From positions 42,346,001-42,410,000 of the forward strand of contig NC_042999.1 of the NCBI RefSeq assembly GCF_006345805.1: a DNA stretch of 64,000 nt, read 5' to 3'. The translations under genes and the position numbers were made by a program. The first letter of the stretch is position 1, and the number at the start of each line of letters is the position of its first letter. Shown here piece by piece: positions 37,633 through 49,559 of the stretch. Origin of the DNA: Octopus sinensis. Taxonomy: Eukaryota. The notes beneath the pieces are model-generated. The model ran no database searches and was not told the origin of the DNA. It saw nothing but the letters and a program-made list of their open reading frames with translations.

Positions 37633-38364
37633 CATATCCTTAAATCCATAAAAATGTTTTAGCCTGCAGGCCGCGGCCATGCTGGGGCACCACCGCTGAA
37701 ATAAATATAGAAATAAATATACATATTTATTTCTATATGCAGTGGCACCATTTAATTTAAAAACACTAGTATACTAATGTTAAAATGCCATTTTTTATAT
37801 ATTCAAGTTGTAAATTGTGAATTCAGGTGTATATCAAAATAAAGAAAATTTCACAAGCTTTGATATGGTATACAACTTTACAGTGTAACATCAACATATA
37901 AATTTTGAATTAAAAATAAACTTTATTTTGTATAATTTACATCTCCGTGGATGCCCTACCTAGCACCAACCACCTTGACCACATCACAGAGTGGATTTAG
38001 TGCTCTTTATGTGGCACCAGCATTGGCAAAGTCTGTTTTGGAATGGTTTTTACAGCTGGATGCCCTTCCAAACACAACCATTTAACAGTGTGGACTGGAT
38101 GCTTTTTCATGGTACTAGCACTGGTGGGGTCACCAAGTAACTTGCAAGACAAAGATCCTTTGAGGTGGCAGGGGGGATTAGAAGAGGTGACCTTGTGCCA
38201 GGTGATGAGAGTTTAAGGTGTGACAGAGAGACAGAAACAGGTGACTTGTTGTGGAGGAGATACATGGTTACCCAGTCAGAGGGAAAGAGAGAGAGAGAGA
38301 GAAAGAGTAAGGAATGTAGTGACAAAAGGGTTAATGTTTTTTTTTTCTTTTTTTGGTTTTTCAG

Positions 38365-38479
38365 TACAATTGATGACAATGCTGTGTACGATGACCTGGA
38401 TACAGAAGACAAAGACGAAGAAGAGAAGTACTTTGATAACGAGGAGCCACAGATGCTGGATGACACCAACTGTACATAA
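38365..38479 (+). CDS. CCDC97: CCDC97 terminal coding exon (115 nt; STIDDNAVYDDLDTEDKDEEEKYFDNEEPQMLDDTNCT*)
   Basis: Long poly-T tract and TCAG| acceptor; conserved (V/I)DDNxxxDxLD...DEEE(R/K)YFD motif. The spliced CDS is 1044 nt (347 aa plus stop). Confidence 0.93.
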
Positions 38480-38700
38480 ATAAAAAGCAACTTTCAATGC
38501 ACCCCTTGACTACATCTGAGTTTAATCAGTCCTAACAGATATGAGTGAGGAGGAAGAGGAAGAGAGAGAGAGAAAGTGCAGCAGATGTTATAGTCATTGA
38601 AGGTTTTGCATAGAAAGAGGGAACAGTTTATAACGAGAAGTTTTATACGGAGTTGATATTATAAAAAAATAAGTATATATATATACATATATATACATAT

Positions 38701-38753
<53 letters not shown>

Positions 38754-39092
38754 TTATGCATATTTTTCACACACATACAATGCATTTGTGTATATATATA
38801 TACTGGAGTAAGCACATAAATGAAAGCATAGAAGTAGAGTAATATGCTTTATTTAAAAGCAGCAGAAATATAACAAAAGCTGTTACTCAGAGTTTCACTG
38901 CTTTTAAATAAAGTATATATATATATTATCATCATCGTGATGTTAGCATGGCTTGGACAGTTTGACCAGAGCTGGTCAACCCGTGCCAGCATGGACAATG
39001 GGCATTAAATGATGATATATATATATATATTGGTAAAATAGTAAGATAACAAAAGAAAGAAAGAGACCTCAATATTATGTTTCAAATAGCCA

Positions 39093-39153
39093 GATAACCG
39101 AAGAGATGGCATTGTGGATTCCCACTTCGGCATCTGAAACTCAGAGTTTTATC
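39093..39153 (+). ncRNA. Degenerate type I hammerhead-like motif in a Penelope-like fragment
   Basis: GATAA-CCGAAGA-GATGGC...GGCATCT-GAAAC-TC(A)GA-GTT-TTATC: stem I GATAA/TTATC, stem III AACTC/GAGTT; the core has U4 changed to C. Confidence 0.5.
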
Positions 39154-39178
39154 TTGACTATCGAGTAATGTAACATAT

Positions 39179-39217
<39 letters not shown>

Positions 39218-39302
39218 ATTAAAGTAAGCAGCAGTTTAGTAATGTGTTACCAAAACGGAAAACTGTAATTGTCATTAAGTATGACTGAGGGTATTAGAAA
39301 AC

Positions 39303-39506
39303 CTACAATGCTAGAAATAAGAGCTAAAGCTCACTGATGCTGCAGTCAATGCACATAATTGTATACATATATACTGACAGTGACCATAAACAGCTGAAAG
39401 TGGCTGTTGAAATATCCCTATACTGTTGCTGTCAGTGTGTATATATACAATTATGTGCATTGAATGCAGCATCAGAGAGCTTTAGCTCCTATTTCTTGCA
39501 TTGTAG
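39303..39506. repeat. Near-perfect fold-back with 78-bp arms, downstream of the CCDC97 stop
   Basis: 39303-39380 is the reverse complement of 39429-39506 with about 7 differences; the 48-nt spacer contains an AACAGC/GCTGTT mini-stem. Confidence 0.92.
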
Positions 39507-40909
39507 CTGTCATATATTTTTTTCTATATATATATATTACCCGTCCAACCCATGCTAGCATGGAAAATGGACATTAAACAATGATAATGATATATATATA
39601 TATATAATTAAAGTAAACAGCAGTTTACTATATATATATATATAAATGTATTGTATGTGAACATTATATATATATATGTGTGTGTGTGGTGGGTGGCTGG
39701 CAAGATTAATAGATTGTTGGACGAAATACTTTGTGGTTCTTGATTACCTTCTGGGTTCAGATATTGTCCAGATCAATAAAAAATGAAAACATGTAACAGT
39801 TAATAAATGCCGATGGGTAGCAAGGTACCGGTGTATAACTATAATCCTGCAGTGCTTCAGCATGGCCACAGTTCAATGACTGAAACCTCTTAAAGCGTTA
39901 TATCAGATTTTGTAAAAGAAGTGTATTAAAAAGAGTTGTGATGGACAGAAACAAAGCAATGTAGTCAAAGACTGCAAGAGTGAAGATTTTATCTTATTTC
40001 TATTATTCATAAAATATTTTGAACTAATTCTTTTGGGGTTTTTTTTATCTATCTTTATTTCTTTTCTATATTTATATTTTTTTATACATTTTAAGCCCAA
40101 AAACTTATTGCGATTTACATGCTCCTCTGAGTTTTCTCACAGTAAAAATACACAATGTTGAATAGTAAACTGCATTGAATTTTTCATCTTGTATTATATA
40201 TTCAATCAATTAACTTGTTATTTGTTTGTTATCAGCCATATATATTAGTCAATATAATCATCATCATCATCATTATCATCATCGTCATCATCATCATTAT
40301 CATCATCATCATCATCATCTTTTGTATGCTTGCGTGAGTCAGGTCACAAAAGGGCACACTTTGTAACTTTGAAGGACGCATACTATTTTAAGGCCACAGT
40401 GTTTTCCCACCTGTGTCATAGGGTATCATAACACCCTGATTGGAAACCACTGCTATAGTAAATTGTATTATCATTCACCCAACTCATTACATTAACATAT
40501 TTATTAGCTTTCAAGACATATTTTTGGTGGGATTTGAAGTCTATACAAAAAAGAATGAAAACACTTCTCCACTGTTTTCGTCTTTTAGCATTTGGATTAC
40601 TTTGTCAAATTTTATGCTTATTTATTCCTATTGTCTTGAATTAATCATGTATTATCTTGCAGCTTTGAGATTTCAGTGATGTGATTTTGATTTTTAAAAT
40701 GACATTGTAGAGTAGGTGTGAGAGGCTTGATCTAGTCAGTGTGCATGTAAACAGGTAGAATATTTCGGGCTAGTTTAAATGCTTTTTAAAAAGATGCTTC
40801 TCTTTTACCAATGAAGGGCCAGACTTAAAAATAGGAAATTCTTCCACTTCCCACCGGATACACATCATTATTCAATACAGTTCTATATTTAAAAGATAAG
40901 GAATTCATC

Positions 40910-42480
40910 ATCATCATCATCATCATCATCATTTAACGTCCGCTTTCCATGCTAGCATGGGTTGGACGGTTCAACTGGGGTCTCGGGAGCCCGAAAGCTG
41001 CACCAGTCCAGTCAGATCTGGCAGTGTTTCTACAGCTGGATGCCCTTCCTAACGCCAACCACTCCGAGAGTGTAGTGGGTGATTTTATGTGCCACCGACA
41101 CAGGTGCCAGACGAGGCTGACAAACGGCCACGCTCGGATGGTGTTTTTATGTGCCACCGACACAGGTGCCAGACGAGGCTGGCAGACGGCCACGCTCGGA
41201 TGGTGTTTTTATGTGCCACCGACACAGGTGCCAGACGAGGCTGGCAGACGGCCACGCTCGGATGGTGTTTTTATGTGCCACCGACACAGGTGCCAGACGA
41301 GGCTGGCAGACGGCCACGCTCGGATGGTGTTTTTATGTGCCACCGACACAGGTGCCAGATGAGGCTGGCAAACGGCCACGATCGGATGGTGCTTGTTACG
41401 TGCCCACAGCACGGAGGCCAGTCGATGCGGTACTGGCTACGGCCACGTTCGGATGGTTTTCTTATGTGCCACGTGCCACCGGCACTGGTACCACAAAGAT
41501 ACAAATTCCATTGATGTTCATCTATTTTGATTTGTTTTGATTTTGATTTTCACTTGCCTCAACAGGTCTTCACAAGTGTCACAAGAAGGAAGGTATGCAC
41601 AGGTGGACTGACTACGTCCCAGGTAGGGGCCATGGGTTATGGCCTGACTAGTCTTGCCGGGTCTTCGGATGGTGTTTTTATGTGCCACCGACACAGGTGC
41701 TAAATGAGGCTGGCGAACGGCCACGATCGGATGGTGTTTGTCATGTGCCCACCGCACTGACTACGGCACTGATGGATTTCTTGTGTGCCACAGGCACTGG
41801 TACCACAAGATACAAATTCCATTGATGTTCATCTATTTTGTCTATTTTGATTTGATTTGATTTGATTTTGATTTTGATTTTCACTTGCCTCAACCGGTCT
41901 TCACAAGTGTCACAAGAAGGAAGGAAGGTATGCACAGGTGGACTGACTAGTCTGCCGGGTCTTCGGAAGTGTTTTTTTATGTGCCACCGACACAGGTGCC
42001 AGATGAGGCTGGCGAACGGCCATGATCGGATGGTGTTTGTTACGTGCCCACAGCACGGAGGCCGGTCGATGCGGAACTGGCTACGGCCACGTTCGGATGG
42101 TTCTCATGTGTGCCGCCGGCACTGGTACCACAAAGTGTGTGCCACCGGCACTGGTACCACAAAGATACAGATTCCATTGATGTTCATCTATTTTGATTTG
42201 TTTTGATTTGATTGATTTGATTTTCACTTGCCTCAACAGTTCTTCACAAGTGTCACAAGAAGGAAGGTATGCACAGGTGAACTGACTACGTCCCAGGTAG
42301 GGGCCATGGGTTATGGCCTGACTAGTCTTGCCGGGTCTTCGGATGGTGTTTTTATGTGCCACCGACACAGGTGCTAGATGAGGCTGGCGAACGGCCACGA
42401 TCGGATGGCCAGTGATGCGGTACTGACTTCGGCCACGTTCGGATGGATTCTTGTGTGCCACCGGCACTGGTACCACAAGC
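40910..42480 (-). repeat. RTE-type 3' end expanded into a hierarchical satellite (five 62-bp units, then three ~320-355-bp units)
   Basis: (CAT)n and TTTAACGTCCGCTTTCCATGC tail; CAGGTGC.. recurs at 41101, 41163, 41225, 41287 and 41349; larger units with GATAC(A/G).ATTCCATTGATG and (TTTGA)n start near 41480, 41795 and 42150. Confidence 0.9.
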
Positions 42481-42524
42481 GGTACTGACTGCGGCCACGT
42501 TCGGATGGATTCTTGTGAATTATG

Positions 42525-42990
42525 TACATTATTTACATTTGACGGATATTTGTCCTCATCTTATTTGTTGTTAATACAATGTTTCGGCTGATATACCCTC
42601 CAGCCTTCATCAGGTGTCCTGGGGAAATTTCGAACCTTGGTTCTCATTCCTAAGGTATTTTGCGATGTTATTATTATTATTATTATTCAGGTCACTGCCT
42701 GGAATCGAACTCAAAATCTTGGAGTTAGTAGCCCACACTCTTATGCCCATGGGTATATGGTGTAGTGGTTAAGAGCGCGGGCTACTAACCCCAAGATTCT
42801 AAGTTCAATTCCAGGCAGCGACCTGAATAATAATAATAATAACAACAACATCGAAAAATACCTTAGGAATGAGAACCAGGTTCGAAATTTCCCCAAGACA
42901 CCTGATGAAGGCTGGAGGGTATATCAGCCGAAACATTGTGTTAACAACAAACAAGATGAGGACAAATATCCGTCAAATGTAAATAATATC
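42525..42990. mobile_element. Palindromic element of two head-to-head tRNA-head/(AAT)n/hammerhead units
   Basis: The left arm 42525-42740 is the reverse complement of the right arm 42765-42990. The right unit has GGTGTAGTGGTTAAG (A box), AAGTTCAATTCC (B-box-like) and GACAC-CTGATGA-A-GGCTG-GAGGGTATAT-CAGCC-GAAAC-ATT-GTGTT (42897-42942). Confidence 0.85.
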
Positions 42991-43482
42991 ATTACTCAAT
43001 ATCTGGCCTCCATGCTGACATAAGCTGGATAATCCAACAGGATGTTATAAGTCAGAGGATTATGCTCCAATGTTTCTCTTGGTATGGTTTCTCTTGCTAG
43101 ATGTACTTCCTAATGCCAGCTGGAGCATCCCCTTAATCAATCTCACCATCTTCTCCATATTCTTTGCTGATGCAAATCACCACTGCTTGGCTCTAACTTT
43201 GTTATATCAAACTGAAAGGTTGGAAACCTTTGTATGTTAGACTACTATATTGATACTAACTCTGTGGTAAGAAGCTTGCTTCCCAACCACATGGTTACCA
43301 GGTTCAGTCCCACTGCATGGCATAAGTGTCTTCTATAGCCTCAGGACAACCAAGCTTTGTGAGTGGATTTGATAGACAGAAACTGAAAGAAGCCTGTCGT
43401 ATATATACATATATATATATATACATACACATATATATACATATATATATATATATACATATACATATACATATATATATAC

Positions 43483-45000
43483 AGGCAAGTGAAAATCAAA
43501 ATCAAAACAAATCAAAATAGATGAATATCAATGGAATCTGTATCTTTGTGGTACCAGTGCCGGTGGCACACACTTTGTGGTATCAGTGTTGGTGGCACAC
43601 AAGAGAACCATCCGAACGTGGCCGTAGCCAGTTCCGCATCGACCGGCCTCCGTGCTGTGGGCACGTAACAAACACCATCCGATCATGGCCGTTCGCCAGC
43701 CTCATCTGGCACCTGTGTCGGTGGCACATAAAAACACCTTCCGAAGACCCGGCAAGACTAGTCAGTCCACCTGTGCATACCTTCCTTCTTGTGACACTTG
43801 TGAAGACCGGTTGAGGCAAGTGAAAATCAAATCAAATCAAATCAAATCAAAATAGACAAAATAGATGAACATCAATGGAATTTGTATCTTGTGGTACCAG
43901 TGCCTGTGGCACACAAGAAATCCATCAGTGCTGTAGTCAGTGCGGTGGGCACATGACAAACACCATCCGATCGTGGCCGTTCGCCAGCCTCATCTAGCAC
44001 CTGTGTCGGTGGCACATAAAAACACCATCCGAAGACCTGGCAAGACTAGTCAGGCCATAACCCATGGCCCCTACCTGGGACGTAGTCAGTCCACCTGTGC
44101 ATACCTTCCTTCTTGTGACACTTGTGAAGACCTGTTGAGGCAAGTGAAAATCAAAATCAAAATCAAAACAAATCAAAATAGATGAACATCAATGGAATTT
44201 GTATCTTGTGGTACCAGTGCCTTGGCACACAAGAAATCCATCAGTGCTGTAGTCAGTGCGGTGGGCACATGACAAACACCATCCGATCGTGGCCGTTCGC
44301 CAGCCTCATCTAGCACCTGTGTCGGTGGAACATAAAAACACCATCCGAAGACCCGGCAAGACTAGTCAGGCCATAACCCATGGCCCCTACCTGGGACGTA
44401 GTCAGTCCACCTGTGCATACCTTCCTTCTTGTGACACTTGTGAAGACCTGTTGAGGCAAGTGAAAATCAAATCAAAACAAATCAAAATAGATGAACATCA
44501 ATGGAATTTGTATCTTGTGGTACCAGTGCCGGTGGCACGTGGCACACAAGAAAACCATCCGAACGTGGCCGTAGCCAGTACCGCATCGACTGGCCTCCGT
44601 GCTGTGGGCACGTAACAAGCACCATCCGATCGTGGCCGTTTGCCAGCCTCATCTGGCACCTGTGTCGGTGGCACATAAAAACACCATCCGAGCGTGGCCG
44701 TCTGCCAGCCTCGTCTGGCACCTGTGTCGGTGGCACATAAAAACACCATCCGAGCGTGGCCGTTTGCCAGCCTCGTCTGGCACCTGTGTCGGTGGCACAT
44801 GAAATCACCCACTACACTCTCGGAGTGGTTGGCGTTAGGAAGGGCATCCAGCTGTAGAAACACTGCCAGATCTGACTGGACTGGTGCAGCTTTCGGGCTC
44901 CCCAGACCCCAGTTGAACCGTCCAACCCATGCTAGCATGGAAAGCGGACGTTAAATGATGATGATGATGATGATGATGATATATACATATATATATATAC

Positions 45001-45045
<45 letters not shown>

Positions 45046-45068
45046 CACATATATATACATATATATAT

Positions 45069-45099
<31 letters not shown>

Positions 45100-45181
45100 A
45101 TATATATATACATATATATATATACATATATACATATACATATATATATATACATATACATATATATATATATAATATATA

Positions 45182-45217
<36 letters not shown>

Positions 45218-45902
45218 GTATATGTATATATATATATGTATATATATATATGTATATATATATGTATATGTATATGTATATATATATATATGTATATATA
45301 TGTGTATGTATATATATATATATGTATATATACGACAGGCTTCTTTCAGTTTCTGTCTATCAAATCCACTCACAAAGCTTGGTTGTCCTGAGGCTATAGA
45401 AGACACTTATGCCATGCAGTGGGACTGAACCTGGTAACCATGTGGTTGGGAAGCAAGCTTCTTACCACAGAGTTAGTATCAATATAGTAGTCTAACATAC
45501 AAAGGTTTCCAACCTTTCAGTTAGATATAACAAAGTTAGAGCCAAGCAGTGGTGATTTGCATCAGCAAAGAATATGGAGAAGATGGTGAGATTGATTAAG
45601 GGGATGCTCCAGCTGGCATTAGGAAGTACATCTAGCAAGAGAAACATTGGAGCATAATCCTCTGACTTATAACATCCTGTTGGATTATCCAGCTTATGTC
45701 AGCATGGAGGCCAGATATTGAGTAATGATATTATTTACATTTGACGGATATTTGTCCTCATCTTGTTTGTTGTTAACACTGTTTCGGCTGATATACCCTC
45801 CAGAATTATTATTCAGGTCGCTGCCTGGAATTGAACTTAGAATCTTGGGGTTAGTAGCCCGCGCTCTTAACCACTACGCCATATACCCATGGGCATAAGA
45901 GC

Positions 45903-45903
<1 letters not shown>
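43483..45903 (-). repeat. Two inverted duplications of upstream DNA: rc of 40907-42233 at 43483-44978, and rc of ~42735-43482 at ~45250-45903
   Basis: Diagnostic unique sequence (CTCAATATCTGGCCTCC...GATACTAACTCTG) and subunit-specific variants recur inverted, with scattered SNPs, indels and repeat-number changes. Confidence 0.92.
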
Positions 45904-45975
<72 letters not shown>

Positions 45976-47287
45976 TGTGTATTTATTTGTGTTGCTTTGT
46001 TTTTATATTTGTTTCCCCACCATCACTTGACAACCAATGTTGATGCGTTTACACCCCTATAACTTAGCAGTTCAGTAAAAGAGACAGACAGGATAAGCCT
46101 AGGTTTACAAAGGATAAAGCTCTGAGGTCGATTTCTTCAACTAAAAAAACATCTTAAGGCAGTGCTCCAGCATGGCCATAGCCAAATGACTGAAACAAGT
46201 AAAAAAATGGAAAAGTATAATTGTATATTGTAAAACCTACTATTTTATAAAACACTACTTATACATAACAGTGGTTACAAAAATATAAAGCAGTAAGCTC
46301 ATTTTTTAAATAAGTACCTCTACCATATTTTCTCTTCAATTTTTTTTCAAAAATTTTTTTCAGATTTGTATGCTTTAAACATTACTGGCAATTACTTTAA
46401 GCAAGTAATCAAATGTGTAGATAAGGAAATATAAATTGGTGTTTGGAAGGAGGTGTAAGAGTGGCCTTGTGGTAAGTAGCTTGCTTATGAACCACATGGT
46501 TCCGGATTCAGTCTCACTGTGTGGAACCATGGGCAAGTGTCTTCTACTATAGCCTCGGGCCAACCAAAGCCTTGTGAGTGGATTTGGCTGACGGAAACTG
46601 AAAGAAGCCTGTTGTATATATGTATGTGTGTGTGTATGGTTGTGTGCCTGTGTTTGTCCCCCCCCCCTCCAACATCGCTTGACAACCGATGCTGGTGTGT
46701 TTATGTAACTTAGCGGTTTGGCAAAAGAGACCGATAGAATAAGTACTAGCCTTACAAAGAATAAGTCCTGGGGTTGATTTGCTCGACTAAAGGCGGTGCT
46801 CCAGCATGGCCACAGTCACATGACGTAAACGAGTAAACCAAATCATTCCAATAAAACCATTTTCCATCAGAAGTTGTACTTCTTTCAGTGGGCCACACTT
46901 AGCTTTTCAGAACTCCACAAGTTCTCTACCTCTCACTTAAATACTTGTTAGGCATTTAGTTTGACTCACTGCTATATCTAACTCAATGATGCCCCTCATT
47001 TAAACATTGATTTCTGACAATAATGCATAAGGCCAACCTTTGTAGAAAATGCAATATAGTTGATTGAAGTAGCATTAACTGTGCTAACACTGCAACACCT
47101 ATTGTTAATAATTCTTCACGCTTCAAGTATTACACTCGTATGGGAAGAAAATGACAAAATTGAAAGCTTGGATGAGCTCTAAGGATTCATTATATTTGAT
47201 CAGCATAATTGCATACAAGCAGTTGCAATATCTGGAAGTTGTTGCAAAATTATTGACATTTGAATAATTCATATGGTTCTCTCTCTC

Positions 47288-47329
<42 letters not shown>

Positions 47330-47383
47330 TTCTCTCTCTTTTACTGGTTTTAGACAAGAAAAGAATATTAGTTGATGATATGA

Positions 47384-47518
47384 TGATACTAACTCCAATA
47401 TTTAATTCATCAATATATTGTTATTGAATGGCCATATTACTTTTCTGGCATAAAGAGATACAACTCCACATACTAGTTTGCACAAAGAGACACACAGACA
47501 TATATACATGTGTGTATG

Positions 47519-47563
<45 letters not shown>

Positions 47564-47677
47564 TTCTGTGTCTCTTTGTGGAAACTCAAATGCTGAGATG
47601 TATCTCTTTATGCCAGAAAAATAATATGGCCATTCAATTACAATATATTGATGAAATAAATACTGGTGTTAGTATCA
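47384..47677. repeat. Fold-back element with ~125-bp arms around a (TA)n centre
   Basis: TCATCAATATATTG(T/A).ATTGAATGGCCATATTA.TTTTCTGGCATAAAGAGATACA is present inverted on both sides; the arms extend out to TGATACTAAC and in to CAAAGAGACAC. Confidence 0.92.
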
Positions 47678-48424
47678 TATATATATGTGTGTATGTGTAG
47701 GTAAAAGTAGTGCGGAGAGACAAGGCATACCAACCGAGTGTCCTGCATTGACTAATTGTTTACCTTTCCTCACTATTTTAACCTATATCTACTGACTCAA
47801 AGGGAAGCCACCATTAGCCATTTTTTGAGCAAGACAATCACACAACCACAACTTCAAATGCTGTTCTAACTAGAATTTTGGCAGCTCACTTATTTGAGCA
47901 CTCAGAACGCATACCTATTAGGTTGAGTCATTCAGACAAAAATTCCTCATATCCACTATATAAATTTTATTGTGTTATTTGTTTCAGTCATTTGATTGTG
48001 CCCATGCTGGAGCACTGCCTTTAGTCAAACAAATTGACCCCAGGACTTATTCTTTGTAAGTCTAGTATTTTCTTCTATTGGACTCTTTTGCTAAACCACT
48101 AAATTACAGGGACATAAACACACCAACATCGGTGTGTCAAACAATGGTGGGAGAACAAACACAAACTCACAGATACACATATACACACACATATATATAT
48201 ATATACGACAGGCTTCTTTCAGTTTCCAACTACCAAATCCATTCACAAGGCTTTGGTCAGCCCAAGGCTATAGTATAAGACATCTGCCCAAGGTGCCACG
48301 CAGTGGGACTGAACCTAGAACCATGTGATTGGGAAGCAAGCTTCTTACCACACAACCACTCCTGCACCTATATATATATATATATTATCAAACACATACA
48401 CTTAATGTATATGCATTGAGTTTT

Positions 48425-48640
48425 TTGCTGGTAGGCTGCAATTTGGCATGGTGGAAATTACTCTCTCAAAGTACCAGATGTTAAAACACCTGAAAGTCTT
48501 GAACAGATAAGATAACTCACCTTTTTTCCATCTACTGATGGACATTGATACTACACCAGTTTTGTGGCTTGTCAACATCACACACCTGGCACATAGGAGA
48601 GTATTCTCCACCGCACCAAATCATGGCCTACCAGAAAATA
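48425..48640. repeat. Degenerate fold-back, ~60-bp arms
   Basis: CTGGTAGGCTGCAATTTGGCATGGTGGAAATTACTCTC versus rc CTGGTAGGCCATGATTTGGTGCGGTGGAGAATACTCTC. Confidence 0.7.
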
Positions 48641-48723
48641 TATGCAGGCTATACAATAAGGATATGTGGTTGATAATGTTTACTACAATAGAGCTGCTTC
48701 TATTTCATATTTGAGTATGTATA

Positions 48724-48754
<31 letters not shown>

Positions 48755-49260
48755 GTGTGTGTGTGTGTGTGTGTGCATGAAGGCACGTGGCCTTGTGGTT
48801 AGGCTGTTGCACTCATGATCACTAGATCATAGGTTTGATTCTCTGACTGAGCAGTGCTTTGTGTTCTTGAGCAAAACATTTCATTTCATGTTGCTCTAGT
48901 CCCCTCTGTCCTATATATATATATATATATTTATGTGTGTGTGTGTATGTATTTGTGTGTCTGTGTTTGTCCCCCTCCCCTGCACACGCCATCACTTGAC
49001 AACTGATGTTGGTGTGTTTACGTCCCTATAACTTAGTGGTTTGGCAAAAGAGTCCTATAGAATAAGCAATAGGCTTGCAAAGAATAAGTCCTGGGGTTGA
49101 TTTGTTCAACTGAAGGTGGCGCTGCAGCATGGCCACAGTAATTTGACTGAAACAATTAAAAGAGTATGTATATATTTCTGAATTTGTTTTGCAAGATTTC
49201 TGATACGAAATCATGTGTTGAAACAGATATTGTTATATTTTGGGTTGGTCTTTTTTTCTT

Positions 49261-49559
49261 CTTGCCAAATAAACACACACACAGACTATATATTCATTCT
49301 TCACTCATTTATTATTGTTCTTATTTTATCTTATATCCATTGCCTAAAAATATTTCATCACACATCTGTGACCTTTTCCACAACTCTTCCATCACACATA
49401 AGAATGGGTTAAACTGAACAGGTGGAGATACATGGAATGAAAGAATCGTTGAAGACCTCACAGATGTGTGACAAAAGATTTCCAGACAATGAACATAAGA
49501 TAAAATAGCAATGATAAACAAGTGAAGAACTAATATATAATGTGTGTGTATTTAGCAAG
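49261..49559. repeat. Fold-back element, ~140-bp arms
   Basis: CTTGC(C/T)AAATA.ACACACAC...TTCTTCACT...ATTTTATCTTAT...TCACACATCTGTGA on both arms; the ORF track shows similar peptides on opposite strands (49215+, 49321-). Confidence 0.88.

Noticed and set aside
38478-38483. AATAAA overlapping the CCDC97 stop codon as the poly(A) signal
   Set aside because: It would leave almost no 3' UTR and the hexamer is common in AT-rich DNA; it cannot be supported without 3'-end data.
38107-38490. 127-aa minus ORF overlapping the last CCDC97 exon
   Set aside because: It is the antisense shadow of the acidic exon plus an RTE 3' fragment and GA repeats.
41089-41400. Regular 62-bp repeats as a CRISPR array, and their ORFs (MPPTQVPDEA...) as a repeat protein
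   Set aside because: The units are contiguous with no unique spacers, derive from a LINE 3' UTR, and there are no cas genes; the context is eukaryotic.
42755-42825. tRNA gene (also the heads at 430-500, 4130-4200 and 7597-7690)
   Set aside because: A and B boxes are present but there is no complete cloverleaf or acceptor stem, and each runs into a SINE body.
48520-48625. Minus-strand exon ending in AAG|GTGAGT
   Set aside because: No recognisable peptide or partner exons; the region is explained by a degenerate fold-back.
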